From: Pseudobdellovibrionaceae bacterium
GTDB lineage: Bacteria; Bdellovibrionota; Bdellovibrionia; Bdellovibrionales; Bdellovibrionaceae
Assembly (NCBI GenBank): GCA_041288045.1
Contig: JBGGMM010000031.1
Location: 1-13,822 of the forward strand
DNA length: 13,822 nt
Reading direction: 5' to 3'
In this document: positions 1 to 8,268 of the stretch, one piece after another
Numbering within the stretch: the stretch's first letter is position 1
Layout of the letters: the number at the start of each line of letters is the position of its first letter
The notes under the pieces: generated by a model
The model's database searches: none
Told to the model about the DNA's origin: nothing
Seen by the model: the letters and a program-made list of their open reading frames with translations, nothing else
Position numbers and translations under genes: made by a program

Positions 1-12
1 AACCGTCGCAAT

Positions 13-498
13 ATGCATGATGACAGGAGCCGCAGTCGGCATTACCGGCAGGATATGCCTGACTATGGTCTCTGGGGGGATCGCATTCATCGGCCCTCTT
101 CGGGATTTTCTTATTCTGATGCTGAGGCTTATGATTTTGAGCAGACGATGAATCCCAATGTTCGCTACGTTCCAGATGAACCCAACCGCGATACTTCTGG
201 GGCTTGGGCGGATTGGCGCCGGCACAATTACAATTTTCAAAGACGAGCCAATGACACCATGATCAGCCAGTTTGTGCATGACGTGCTCGCCCGGCATCCC
301 GATATTGATGTCAGTCAAGTTGGCATTTCCACTCAGGATCGAGTCGTGACTCTAGAAGGACAAGTGGAAACACGTCGAATGAAGCGATTGATTGAAGATG
401 TCATTTTTGGGCTGCCGCAGATTCGCGATGTGCAAAATCGAATCGAAATTCTTCCGGCTGATCGGGATCGACGGCGAATGGCCCGAAGCCTGTCTTAA
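13..498 (+). CDS. BON-domain protein with Arg/Asp/Tyr-rich low-complexity N-terminus (possibly 5'-truncated)
   Basis: C-terminal RRANDTMISQFVHDVLARHPDIDVSQVGISTQDRVVTLEGQVETRRMKRLIEDVIFGLPQIRDVQNRI fits the BON pattern (D..I...V...L......D...I.V......VTL.G.V.....K...E......G..DV.N.L). The frame is open from base 1 (AAC CGT CGC AAT ATG), so the true start may lie upstream of the window. Confidence 0.85.
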   Translation: MHDDRSRSRHYRQDMPDYGLWGDRIHRPSSGFSYSDAEAYDFEQTMNPNVRYVPDEPNRDTSGAWADWRRHNYNFQRRANDTMISQFVHDVLARHPDIDVSQVGISTQDRVVTLEGQVETRRMKRLIEDVIFGLPQIRDVQNRIEILPADRDRRRMARSLS

Positions 499-589
499 GG
501 TGCGGTCAAGTTGGGGCAATCTTGGTCTATTTGAGGGGATAATTTCCGAGGCTGCTTTGCCTTGAGCGCTTCCCTATCCGAGCCGGCGT

Positions 590-606
590 TTGGCACAGCC
601 GCTGCT
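590..606 (+). promoter_or_regulatory. sigma-54 (RpoN) -24/-12 promoter motif upstream of the GT4 gene
   Basis: TTGGCACAGCCGCTGCT = GG-N10-GC, close to the consensus TGGCAC-N5-TTGCW. The predicted +1 falls at about 616-617, on the ATG. Confidence 0.7.
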
Positions 607-615
607 AAGTGCTGT

Positions 616-1764
616 ATGAAAATTGCGCAAGTCGCACCTCTCTATGAAAGCGTTCCCCCCCGACTTTACGGTGGCACCGAACGCGTGGTAGAGGCCCTGA
701 CCGAGGAACTGGTGCGCTTGGGACACGATGTGTCTCTTTTTGCTTCTGGTGATTCACAGACCTCAGCCCAATTGATCCCCTGCTGCCCTCAAGCTCTTCG
801 CTTGGATCCAAAATGTCGCGACTCGATGGCTCCTCACATCTTGATGCTGCAAAAAGTTTTTGAGCGAGCTGAGGATTTTGACCTGATTCATTTTCACGTG
901 GATTACTTGCATTTTCCATTATCAAAAAAAATGCAGATCCCGCAGGTCACCACTCTTCATGGACGTCTGGATGCTCCTGAATTGGTGCCACTTTTTCAAA
1001 ATTTTAGTGAAATGCCGCTTGTCTCGATTTCTAATTCTCAGAGGACGCCTTTGAATTTTGCCAATTGGGCTGGAACTGTTTACCATGGCTTGGCCAAAGA
1101 AAAATTTGAATTTAAAAATGAGCCCGGTCGCTACTTGGCTTTTCTGGGCAGAATCTCGCCAGAAAAAAGGGCCGATCGAGCCATTGAAATTGCCATCCGC
1201 TCAGGAGTGCCGTTAAAAATCGCTGCCAAAGTTGATCCCGCCGATCGAATTTATTTCGAAAAAGAAATCAAGCCGATGCTGGATCATCCACTCATTGATT
1301 TCATCGGCGAAATCGGCGACCGAGACAAATCTGCTTTTCTCTCAAACGCAATCGCTCTTTTATTTCCGATCGATTGGCCCGAACCCTTTGGTTTGGTGAT
1401 GATTGAATCGATGGCTTGTGGAACACCAGTGATCGCATTTCCTTCTGGGTCAGTGCCAGAAGTCGTCCTTCATGGAAAAACCGGATTTCTCATTCGCAGT
1501 GTCGATGAAGCGGTCGAGGCCGTCCATCGCATTCCGGAAATCCGTCGGCGAGATTGCCGAGAGCATTTTGAAGCGCTTTTCTCAGCAGAACGAATGGCAA
1601 AGGATTATGTGACAATTTATGAACGAATCATTCGATCAAATCATCGACAGCGAAAAGACACAGGTTCCTCATCACATTCAGAAGTCTTTGAAATACGAAG
1701 GCCAGACCTATATTCTCGCGAGCTCTTTGCTTGCCGAGCATCGGGTCCGGGTCTTGAAGCATGA
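616..1764 (+). CDS. Glycosyltransferase family 4 (GT-B fold)
   Basis: Starts [25 protein letters not shown]; contains [12 protein letters not shown] and the GT4 E-x7-E motif [24 protein letters not shown] at 616 is preferred over TTG at 562 because it matches the family N-terminus. Confidence 0.93.
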   Translation: MKIAQVAPLYESVPPRLYGGTERVVEALTEELVRLGHDVSLFASGDSQTSAQLIPCCPQALRLDPKCRDSMAPHILMLQKVFERAEDFDLIHFHVDYLHFPLSKKMQIPQVTTLHGRLDAPELVPLFQNFSEMPLVSISNSQRTPLNFANWAGTVYHGLAKEKFEFKNEPGRYLAFLGRISPEKRADRAIEIAIRSGVPLKIAAKVDPADRIYFEKEIKPMLDHPLIDFIGEIGDRDKSAFLSNAIALLFPIDWPEPFGLVMIESMACGTPVIAFPSGSVPEVVLHGKTGFLIRSVDEAVEAVHRIPEIRRRDCREHFEALFSAERMAKDYVTIYERIIRSNHRQRKDTGSSSHSEVFEIRRPDLYSRELFACRASGPGLEA

Positions 1765-3892
1765 AAATGCCTTCGCTGTTTTTGACCTCTATGGTGAAGT
1801 CAACGGCTCTTCGGAAAGCGAAGAAGGTCTTTTTCTCGAGGGCACCCGATTCCTCAGTCAATTGGATCTTTCGATTGGTAAGAAAAAGCCGCTGCTTTTG
1901 AATTCCACAGTCTGTGAGGGCAATTTGCAGCTGGCCATTGATCTCACCAATCCAGACATGAATGACAGCAGCGGACATCCACTGGTCAAAGGTTCCATTC
2001 ATATTTTTCGCTCGATTCTTTTGCATGAAAATGAATGCCACGAAAGACTGCGGCTGAAGAATTTTTCAAATCGCAAAGTGATCATTCCCATCGAATACCA
2101 ATTTGGCTCCGATTTTCGCGATATTTTCGAAGTGCGCGGATTTCACCGAAGACATCGAGGTGAAATCACAGCACCGCAGTGGGTGGGCGACACTTTGCAG
2201 ATCACCTATCAGGGTTTGGATCATATCCAGCGACAAACAAAAATCAAAGTCCACTGTGATGAGGCCTGCCAATTGAAAAAAAAATCCTCGGGCTTTCATT
2301 TGGAAGTTCCAGTCAATGGCGAAGGGGTTGAAATCTTCATATGTTACTCTTGTTCGATTGATACGACCAAATCCTCCTTTTCTGAAATGTCTGGAATGGA
2401 TTTCAAAACCATTTCTCATCACAAACAAAGGCGATCCCTCGCCACCCGGCAACAGTTCACTCAAATTTTCACTTCAAATGCTCAGTGCAATGATTGGCTT
2501 TCAAGATCGCAGACGGACCTTGAAATGTTGATTTCGCAAACCCCGCAAGGTCCCTACCCCTATGCCGGAGTGCCGTGGTTTAGCACCACTTTCGGTCGCG
2601 ATGGAATCATCACTGCACTTCAAACCTTATGGATCAACCCTGAAATCGCCAAAGGCGTGTTGGGTTTTCTGGCTGCCAATCAGGCCACCGAATTTTTACC
2701 AGAAAAAGATGCCGAACCTGGCAAAATTCTGCACGAAGCACGACAGGGAGAAATGGCAAATCTCGAAGAGATTCCCTTCGGGAAATACTATGGCTCCGTC
2801 GACTCCACTCCGCTTTTTGTGATTCTGGCTGGGGAATACCTGAAGGCGACAGGCGACTTGAAAACAGTCAGCTCACTTTGGAAAAACATTGAAGCTGCTC
2901 TTCAGTGGATCAAAGACTATGGGGATATGGATGGTGATGGCCTGGTTGAATACACTCGCCGTTCGGGAAATGGATTGATCACTCAGGGTTGGAAAGATTC
3001 GCACGACTCTGTCTTTCACCGTGACGGAAGCAGTGTTCAAGCTCCTGTCGGCCTTTGCGAAGTCCAAGGCTATGTCTATGCCGCCAAACTCAATGCTGCA
3101 TTCATCGCTGAACAGATGGGTGATCTTCAAACAAGCTTTAAACTGAGAGAGGAAGCTGCAAAACTCAAAGAAATATTCCACAATCATTTTTGGTCCGAAG
3201 AGCTTGGCACCTATGCCATGGCCTTGGATGGCGAAAAAAATCCCTGTTTGGTCCGCAGTTCCAATGTCGGTCACTGTTTGTACACAGGGATTGTCAAAGA
3301 AGAGGTGGCCCACCAAGTTTGCAAAACCCTTCTCGAGCCACACTCTTACTGCGGATGGGGCCTTCGCACCATTTCAGAAGGAGAAGCCCGCTTCAATCCC
3401 ATGTCTTACCACAACGGCTCTGTCTGGCCTCATGACACGGCCATCGCGGCCATGGGTCTTTCCCGTTATGGATATCGGGATGAAGCTCGCGAAATTTTCA
3501 CTGGTCTCTTTGAGGCCAGCTGCTACTTTGAAAACTTTCGCTTGCCAGAGCTTTTTTGTGGTTTTCGCAAACGCTCCGGCCAAGGACCCACTCTCTATCC
3601 TCTGTCTTGTGCTCCTCAAGCTTGGGCTGCCGGAGCCGTCTATCAGCTCTTGCAGGCTTGTTTAGGATTGAAGTTGGATGCCAAGCAAAATCTTTTGATT
3701 TTTCAATCCCCCAGCTTGCCTCATTGGTTGAGCAAAGTCTTCATTCAAAATATCCGTGTCGGCAGCGGGCGGGCCAACATTGAAATCGTTCCCCACGCCG
3801 AAAGTGTCGCTATTCGAATGACTGCAAATGAAGGTGATGTTCGAGTTCAAACTTCAATGTCCGAGTCTCATCGCCATGAAATTGAAGGATAA
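1619..3892 (+). CDS. Amylo-alpha-1,6-glucosidase / glycogen-debranching-enzyme-like (alpha/alpha)6 glycoside hydrolase
   Basis: Family motifs [95 protein letters not shown]. Start uncertain (ATG 1619 or TTG 1688). Confidence 0.92.
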   Translation: MNESFDQIIDSEKTQVPHHIQKSLKYEGQTYILASSLLAEHRVRVLKHENAFAVFDLYGEVNGSSESEEGLFLEGTRFLSQLDLSIGKKKPLLLNSTVCEGNLQLAIDLTNPDMNDSSGHPLVKGSIHIFRSILLHENECHERLRLKNFSNRKVIIPIEYQFGSDFRDIFEVRGFHRRHRGEITAPQWVGDTLQITYQGLDHIQRQTKIKVHCDEACQLKKKSSGFHLEVPVNGEGVEIFICYSCSIDTTKSSFSEMSGMDFKTISHHKQRRSLATRQQFTQIFTSNAQCNDWLSRSQTDLEMLISQTPQGPYPYAGVPWFSTTFGRDGIITALQTLWINPEIAKGVLGFLAANQATEFLPEKDAEPGKILHEARQGEMANLEEIPFGKYYGSVDSTPLFVILAGEYLKATGDLKTVSSLWKNIEAALQWIKDYGDMDGDGLVEYTRRSGNGLITQGWKDSHDSVFHRDGSSVQAPVGLCEVQGYVYAAKLNAAFIAEQMGDLQTSFKLREEAAKLKEIFHNHFWSEELGTYAMALDGEKNPCLVRSSNVGHCLYTGIVKEEVAHQVCKTLLEPHSYCGWGLRTISEGEARFNPMSYHNGSVWPHDTAIAAMGLSRYGYRDEAREIFTGLFEASCYFENFRLPELFCGFRKRSGQGPTLYPLSCAPQAWAAGAVYQLLQACLGLKLDAKQNLLIFQSPSLPHWLSKVFIQNIRVGSGRANIEIVPHAESVAIRMTANEGDVRVQTSMSESHRHEIEG

Positions 3893-3894
3893 GT

Positions 3895-4596
3895 TTAAAG
3901 GGAATTTCCCATCTCTCCCCGAGTCCAGAGCTCTTTTTCTGCTGTGCCTAAATTTCCCAGTTGATAAATGGCAACATTGACACCAGTGAAATCAAATTCA
4001 TGAAAAGGCTCCATTTGCATGGCCTTGATATAATCTCGGCGAGCAATTCCCATGGCCATATGTGGGCGATAGTTTTTTCCCGAGGATGATGAAATGAAAT
4101 TTTCAACCAATTGCAAGCTTGCAGGATGGATTTCGTCCCCAGCCTTTTTGACAAAGGCCTCGGCGGTTCCACCCTTGACAGCATAAGGACGAAGGATTTC
4201 AACCATGAGATTCGAAAGCTGAAGCAATTCCGGTGAACGCACCACTGTGAATGAGACGACTCCCCGATCCTTTCCGACGGCAAACTCATAACCCGTGGCT
4301 GTGAGCTTGAGAGGAAATTTGACACTCGACTGAAGAGCTTTTTCAACTTTAGCCCCAATTTCCTTCAAATCTTGCTCTCGCACGAAAGCTTGCGCCAAGT
4401 TCATTTGAGGTGTTTGACTTTCATCTAAAGTAAAACCTGCCGAATCACTTTGCCTCAGCTGATAGTTGGATTCTTTTGCGACTTCTAACATGGCTGCATC
4501 TGGAAGAAGCAAAATCCCAATCGCCACGAGATCTGAAGAAGAACTGGGTTGAGCCCAAACACTGAGCGGAAAAAGAATCATCCAAAGAATCTTCAT
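3895..4596 (-). CDS. Secreted 2H-phosphoesterase (2'-5' RNA ligase fold)-like protein with degenerate motifs
   Basis: Signal peptide MKILWMILFPLSVWA-QP; GGGAGA RBS; ATGA overlap with the upstream stop. Two positions resemble 2H HxT motifs (TPQMNL, RPHMAMG), and the C-terminus has AIYQLGNLGTA. Confidence 0.6.
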   Translation of the reverse strand: MKILWMILFPLSVWAQPSSSSDLVAIGILLLPDAAMLEVAKESNYQLRQSDSAGFTLDESQTPQMNLAQAFVREQDLKEIGAKVEKALQSSVKFPLKLTATGYEFAVGKDRGVVSFTVVRSPELLQLSNLMVEILRPYAVKGGTAEAFVKKAGDEIHPASLQLVENFISSSSGKNYRPHMAMGIARRDYIKAMQMEPFHEFDFTGVNVAIYQLGNLGTAEKELWTRGEMGNSL

Positions 4597-5621
4597 GGTG
4601 TTCTCCCTAAATGCAAGGGCTGCGCTTCCGGAAATTTCCATGAACCCTGCAAAATTTCATTTCGAGGGCGATACAAGCGAACGGTGTAATTCCATCCTGG
4701 AGTGATTGGCAGACAATTGGTGGAGTTGTTTTGACAAGCCCCAAATTGAATGGTGTAGGACCCATCCACATTTGTTTTTGCGGCTAGGCTATTGAGAGAA
4801 TTCATCTCAAGGGCGTTGGGCTCAATGAAACCTTTGGCATTGTATACACTGACAGACCAAAATCCCTCTACGGGCACATCCTTAAATGTTAAAGAGTAAA
4901 GAGTTTTGCCATCATTCATTTGTGGCATGAACGCAAGTGAGAGAACCACTTTTGGAGAGCTCTCCCCCCAGCTGAAAGCTGTGCCAAACAAATGACGAAT
5001 AGGATCCACTTCGGATTTGTTTCCAAAAACGAGTGCTGGGTTCTCTAACCCTCCTAAAAGGGCCACTGACTTTAAAGCTTCACGGCATTTTCGAAGTGAA
5101 CCAGGATCCCAGAGTGGAATTTCAAAATTTCCAAGAGTCGACTGGGAAGTGATGATTTGATTCTGAATTTGTGTGGCGAGCTGAAGGTCTCTTCGCGCTC
5201 TCACATTGACGAAAGTTCGAATGGCAATGAAGACATAGCGGCTTCCCACTTGCTCCTGAGTATAGACATGGGTGCCGGGAGCAAACACCACATCGACAGT
5301 GTAGTGATCTTGAGAGATCACCTGCATGGACATGAATCGGGTGCCAGTGTTTGGAAGAGTGACCCTTAAAGGGGCAGCTTGCAAATCAAAAACCCCCGAA
5401 GAATCCAGAGTGTCCTGATGCATTCCCTCCAAAGATTGGGCATTGAGAGGAGCAAAGTCCCGCGCATGTCGAAGATGACCGAAGGCTCCTTCATGGACAG
5501 CTTTCCGAAAAGTATCGTCACTTTCAGCGCGAATAAAATTTCCAAGATGAACCGGAATCGAATTCTTCTTTTTTCGTCTCTTGCCTTTTCCTTCACTTTC
5601 CAATGTTTCGATCATCATCAT
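4593..5621 (-). CDS. DUF1254/DUF1214 domain protein
   Basis: NFIRAESD...DTLDSSGVFDL...VTLPNTGTRFMSMQVISQDHY (DUF1254-like) and DVPVEGFWSVSVYNAKGF...NVDGSYTIQFG...NCLPITPGWNYTVRLYRPRNEILQGSWKFPEAQP (DUF1214-like). Start placed at the ATG triplet (5621) after GAGG. Confidence 0.85.
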   Translation of the reverse strand: MMMIETLESEGKGKRRKKKNSIPVHLGNFIRAESDDTFRKAVHEGAFGHLRHARDFAPLNAQSLEGMHQDTLDSSGVFDLQAAPLRVTLPNTGTRFMSMQVISQDHYTVDVVFAPGTHVYTQEQVGSRYVFIAIRTFVNVRARRDLQLATQIQNQIITSQSTLGNFEIPLWDPGSLRKCREALKSVALLGGLENPALVFGNKSEVDPIRHLFGTAFSWGESSPKVVLSLAFMPQMNDGKTLYSLTFKDVPVEGFWSVSVYNAKGFIEPNALEMNSLNSLAAKTNVDGSYTIQFGACQNNSTNCLPITPGWNYTVRLYRPRNEILQGSWKFPEAQPLHLGRTP

Positions 5622-5649
5622 GAAACCTCGAATTTTCAGGTCGGCCAGC

Positions 5650-5676
5650 GAGCGGCAGTAGAAACCTCTGCCGCTC
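5650..5676. other. GC-rich intergenic hairpin between the CBS and DUF1254 genes
   Basis: GAGCGGCAG-tagaaacct-CTGCCGCTC, a perfect 9-bp stem with no U-tract on either strand. Confidence 0.7.
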
Positions 5677-5681
5677 TCCAT

Positions 5682-6125
5682 TTAAGCTCGAACGTCAGAC
5701 CGATGACTTTCCTTTTGAGAAATATGGTAAAGAGCAGCCTCAACCTGATCAGGATCTGCATCTGAAAGAGCCAGATCGGCCAGGGAAAGAATACCCACCA
5801 AACGTTTCTGTCGGTTCAAAACCGGAAGACGGCGAACTTGATTGTCGCCAAGATTTTTGGCCACGTCCTCAAGAGTCTGATCTTCATAGCAGTATAGAAC
5901 CTGCTTGGACATGCAATCGCCAACCAAAGTTTTTGCCGGATCTTTACCTTCAGCGACGGCTCGAATCGCGATGTCCCGATCTGTGATCATTCCCACGAGG
6001 CGATCATGCTCTCCGACGGGCATTACACCAAAATCACCATCGCGCATTTTTTTTGCGACTTCTCTTAAATTCATTTGTGGATTGGCGATCTCCACATTTC
6101 GAATCATGCATTCTTGCACTAACAT
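5682..6125 (-). CDS. Stand-alone CBS-pair protein (Hrp1/YhcV-like)
   Basis: VAKKMRDGDFGVMPVGEHDRLVGMITDRDIAIRAVAEG and NQVRRLPVLNRQKRLVGILSLADLA; AAGGAGG RBS. Confidence 0.93.
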   Translation of the reverse strand: MLVQECMIRNVEIANPQMNLREVAKKMRDGDFGVMPVGEHDRLVGMITDRDIAIRAVAEGKDPAKTLVGDCMSKQVLYCYEDQTLEDVAKNLGDNQVRRLPVLNRQKRLVGILSLADLALSDADPDQVEAALYHISQKESHRSDVRA

Positions 6126-6144
6126 AGATCCTCCTTCTTCGGAT

Positions 6145-6666
6145 TTAGTGTTTACCTGAAATCGAAGCCGCTTCTTTTTTGGCGCTGGCGATTTCTATTT
6201 TTCGGGCTTTGGCCTGTTCCCCTTTTGGAATATGCACCTTGAGCACTCCATCTTCATAAGAGGCCTCGATCTTTTCGGCATCAGCTCCGGCCGGCAAAGT
6301 GAAACTTCGTTGATAAGAGCCATAATATCTTTCACGCCTCTCACTTTTTTTGTCTTCGCCCGAATCGAACTTTCTCTCGGCTGAAAGAGTCAGTTGATTG
6401 CCAGAAGCCTCGATGGAAATGTCTTCTTTTTTCAATCCAGGGAGATCGGCTGTCACGATGTATTCATTCGCAGTTTCGTCAATGTCGATGGCTGGCGCCA
6501 AGAACCGACGATCCCTGTCGTACGGCAAGAGATCCCGCCCAAAGAATTCATCGAAGAGGCGCAGGGGTTCAAAAAGCTCGTCCATCCAAGGCGATGAAAA
6601 ACCTGACCCTCTGTTGAAAGGCAAGCGTTCGGCCCGGTTTGTTTTTGTTGCTATATCTTTTCTCAT
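6145..6666 (-). CDS. Hsp20/alpha-crystallin small heat shock protein
   Basis: PAIDIDETANEYIVTADLPGLKKEDISIE...ERYYGSYQRSFTLP...IEASYEDGVLKVHIPK. Start at 6666 (MRKDIATK) follows AAGGAGG. Confidence 0.95.
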   Translation of the reverse strand: MRKDIATKTNRAERLPFNRGSGFSSPWMDELFEPLRLFDEFFGRDLLPYDRDRRFLAPAIDIDETANEYIVTADLPGLKKEDISIEASGNQLTLSAERKFDSGEDKKSERRERYYGSYQRSFTLPAGADAEKIEASYEDGVLKVHIPKGEQAKARKIEIASAKKEAASISGKH

Positions 6667-6697
6667 TTTCTTTCCTCCTTTTGCAATCCACCGAGTT

Positions 6698-6714
6698 TGC
6701 AAGAGAGGGACCAA
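6698..6714 (-). promoter_or_regulatory. sigma-54 -24/-12 promoter motif for the hsp20 operon
   Basis: Minus strand reads TTGGTCCCTCTCTTGCA = GG-N10-GC with TTGCA. The predicted +1 at about 6687 lies just upstream of the AAGGAGG RBS. Confidence 0.7.
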
Positions 6715-6825
6715 TTTCAATCCAACTGGATGCACTGTCAGCGACGGAACCTGCAGAAAAATGCAATTTTTCAGAGTCAATTTTCCTTTTCAATGCATGA
6801 ACTTCACGTCGCTCACGCTTCTTCA

Positions 6826-6842
6826 CTGGCATGCAAACTGCT
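6826..6842 (+). promoter_or_regulatory. sigma-54 -24/-12 promoter motif for the PRT-hydrolase/csp3 operon
   Basis: CTGGCATGCAAACTGCT = GG-N10-GC, ending about 60 nt upstream of ATG 6904. Confidence 0.7.
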
Positions 6843-6903
6843 CTTCATCGATTTACGAATTCTTGAGGTTTGATTTTTTCTAAATCTAAACAGAGGAAAA
6901 AAA

Positions 6904-8268
6904 ATGAGCTGGATGAATCAAAATGAAAACGGAATTTTCGAAAGCCGAGCGGATGCAGGCCGACAATTGGCAGAGCGACTATCCTCTCTTCCTGTGAAAG
7001 AAAGAAAAAATGCCATCCTCTTGGCCTTGCCTCGCGGCGGAGTCCCTGTGGCAGCTGAAATTTCGAAGAAACTTCAAATCCCATACGACGTTTTGATCGT
7101 TCGAAAAATTGGTCATCCCCGGCAGCCCGAGTATGGAATTGGCGCAATCACTGAAGAAGGCCTGTATTGGATGAATCCCGAAGCCGTCGGTGTTTCAGAA
7201 GAAGACGCCAGTGTCATTGAATTCATCATCAAAAGCGAAAGAAACGAGGTCCTGCGCCGGGCCCAGCTTTACCGGCAGGGCCGCTCACTGCCTCGGTTGA
7301 AAAACAAAATCGTGATTCTGGTGGATGACGGACTTGCCACTGGAGTTACGGCTCGAGTGGCCGGTCAGTTCGCAAAGACTCAGGGCGCGCGAAAAGTTAT
7401 TTTAGCGATCCCCGCCTGCTCGGCTCAAGCACAGGAAAGATTGGGCGGGGAAATCGATCAGCTGATCTGTTTGAGACCATCTGAATTTCTTTTTTCAGTG
7501 GGACAGTTCTATCGCGATTTCAAACAGCTTTCTGACGAAGAGGTGCTTTCATTCATCAAGAGATCCCATGATCAAGAAAGAGAGATTTCGATCCCAAATC
7601 CGACGGGTGAGCCACTGAAGGGTTTTTTGGATTTGCCCCCATCATTGAAAGGACTGGTGATTTTTGCACATGGAAGCGGCAGCAGCCGATTCAGCCAAAG
7701 AAATCAACAGGTCGCTTCTTTCTTGAACTCTCAGGGAATCGGCACTTTGCTTTTTGATTTGCTCAGCGAAATGGAATCGCAAGATCGACGCCTGGTTTTT
7801 CAAATCCCGCTCTTGGCGGACCGTCTGATCGCTGCGACAAATTGGATTCGTCGGCAGGACTCTTTAGCCCAGGTTCCACTGGGATATTTTGGCGCCAGCA
7901 CGGGAGCAGGTGCGGCCCTTTGGGCTGCCGCCGAGTTAGGAAGTGAAATTTCTGCCGTTGTCTCTCGCGGAGGACGTCCCGATCTGGCCCTGGAGAAATT
8001 GTCTGAAGTCAGCGCTCCGACTTTGCTCTTGGTTGGGGATTTGGATACGGCAGTGATCGATCTCAATCAACAGGCTTTGGCTTATCTCCCGGAAGGTCGA
8101 CTTCGCTTGATCTCTGGTGCCAGCCATCTTTTTGAAGAGCCCGGAACTTTGGAAGAGGTGTCTCAGCAAGCCAGCCAGTGGTTTTTAGAAATTTGGGATC
8201 AAAAAAAGCCACAGCAAAGAAGTTATGAAAATGACATCCAAAGCCTTTCACAAGGAGGAAAACAATGA
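6904..8268 (+). CDS. Phosphoribosyltransferase + dienelactone-hydrolase-like alpha/beta hydrolase fusion (Rv0571c-like architecture)
   Basis: N-half: FESRADAGRQLA, LALPRGGVPVA, VRKIGHP, PRPP loop VILVDDGLATGVTA, VGQFYRDFKQLSDEEV. C-half: VIFAHGSGSSRFS, GYFGASTGAG, VSRGGRPDLA, GASHLFEEPG. GAGG RBS. Confidence 0.9.
   Translation: MSWMNQNENGIFESRADAGRQLAERLSSLPVKERKNAILLALPRGGVPVAAEISKKLQIPYDVLIVRKIGHPRQPEYGIGAITEEGLYWMNPEAVGVSEEDASVIEFIIKSERNEVLRRAQLYRQGRSLPRLKNKIVILVDDGLATGVTARVAGQFAKTQGARKVILAIPACSAQAQERLGGEIDQLICLRPSEFLFSVGQFYRDFKQLSDEEVLSFIKRSHDQEREISIPNPTGEPLKGFLDLPPSLKGLVIFAHGSGSSRFSQRNQQVASFLNSQGIGTLLFDLLSEMESQDRRLVFQIPLLADRLIAATNWIRRQDSLAQVPLGYFGASTGAGAALWAAAELGSEISAVVSRGGRPDLALEKLSEVSAPTLLLVGDLDTAVIDLNQQALAYLPEGRLRLISGASHLFEEPGTLEEVSQQASQWFLEIWDQKKPQQRSYENDIQSLSQGGKQ

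Noticed and set aside
562..615. Longer N-termini from the ORF track (GT4 562; also 4641, 5681, 6780)
   Set aside because: RBS positions, family N-termini and overlap with promoter motifs or the hairpin favour starts at 616, 4596, 5621 and 6666.
3885..3905. Terminator between the convergent glucosidase and 2H-like genes
   Set aside because: The stop codons are 2 nt apart and no convincing stem with a U-tract is present.
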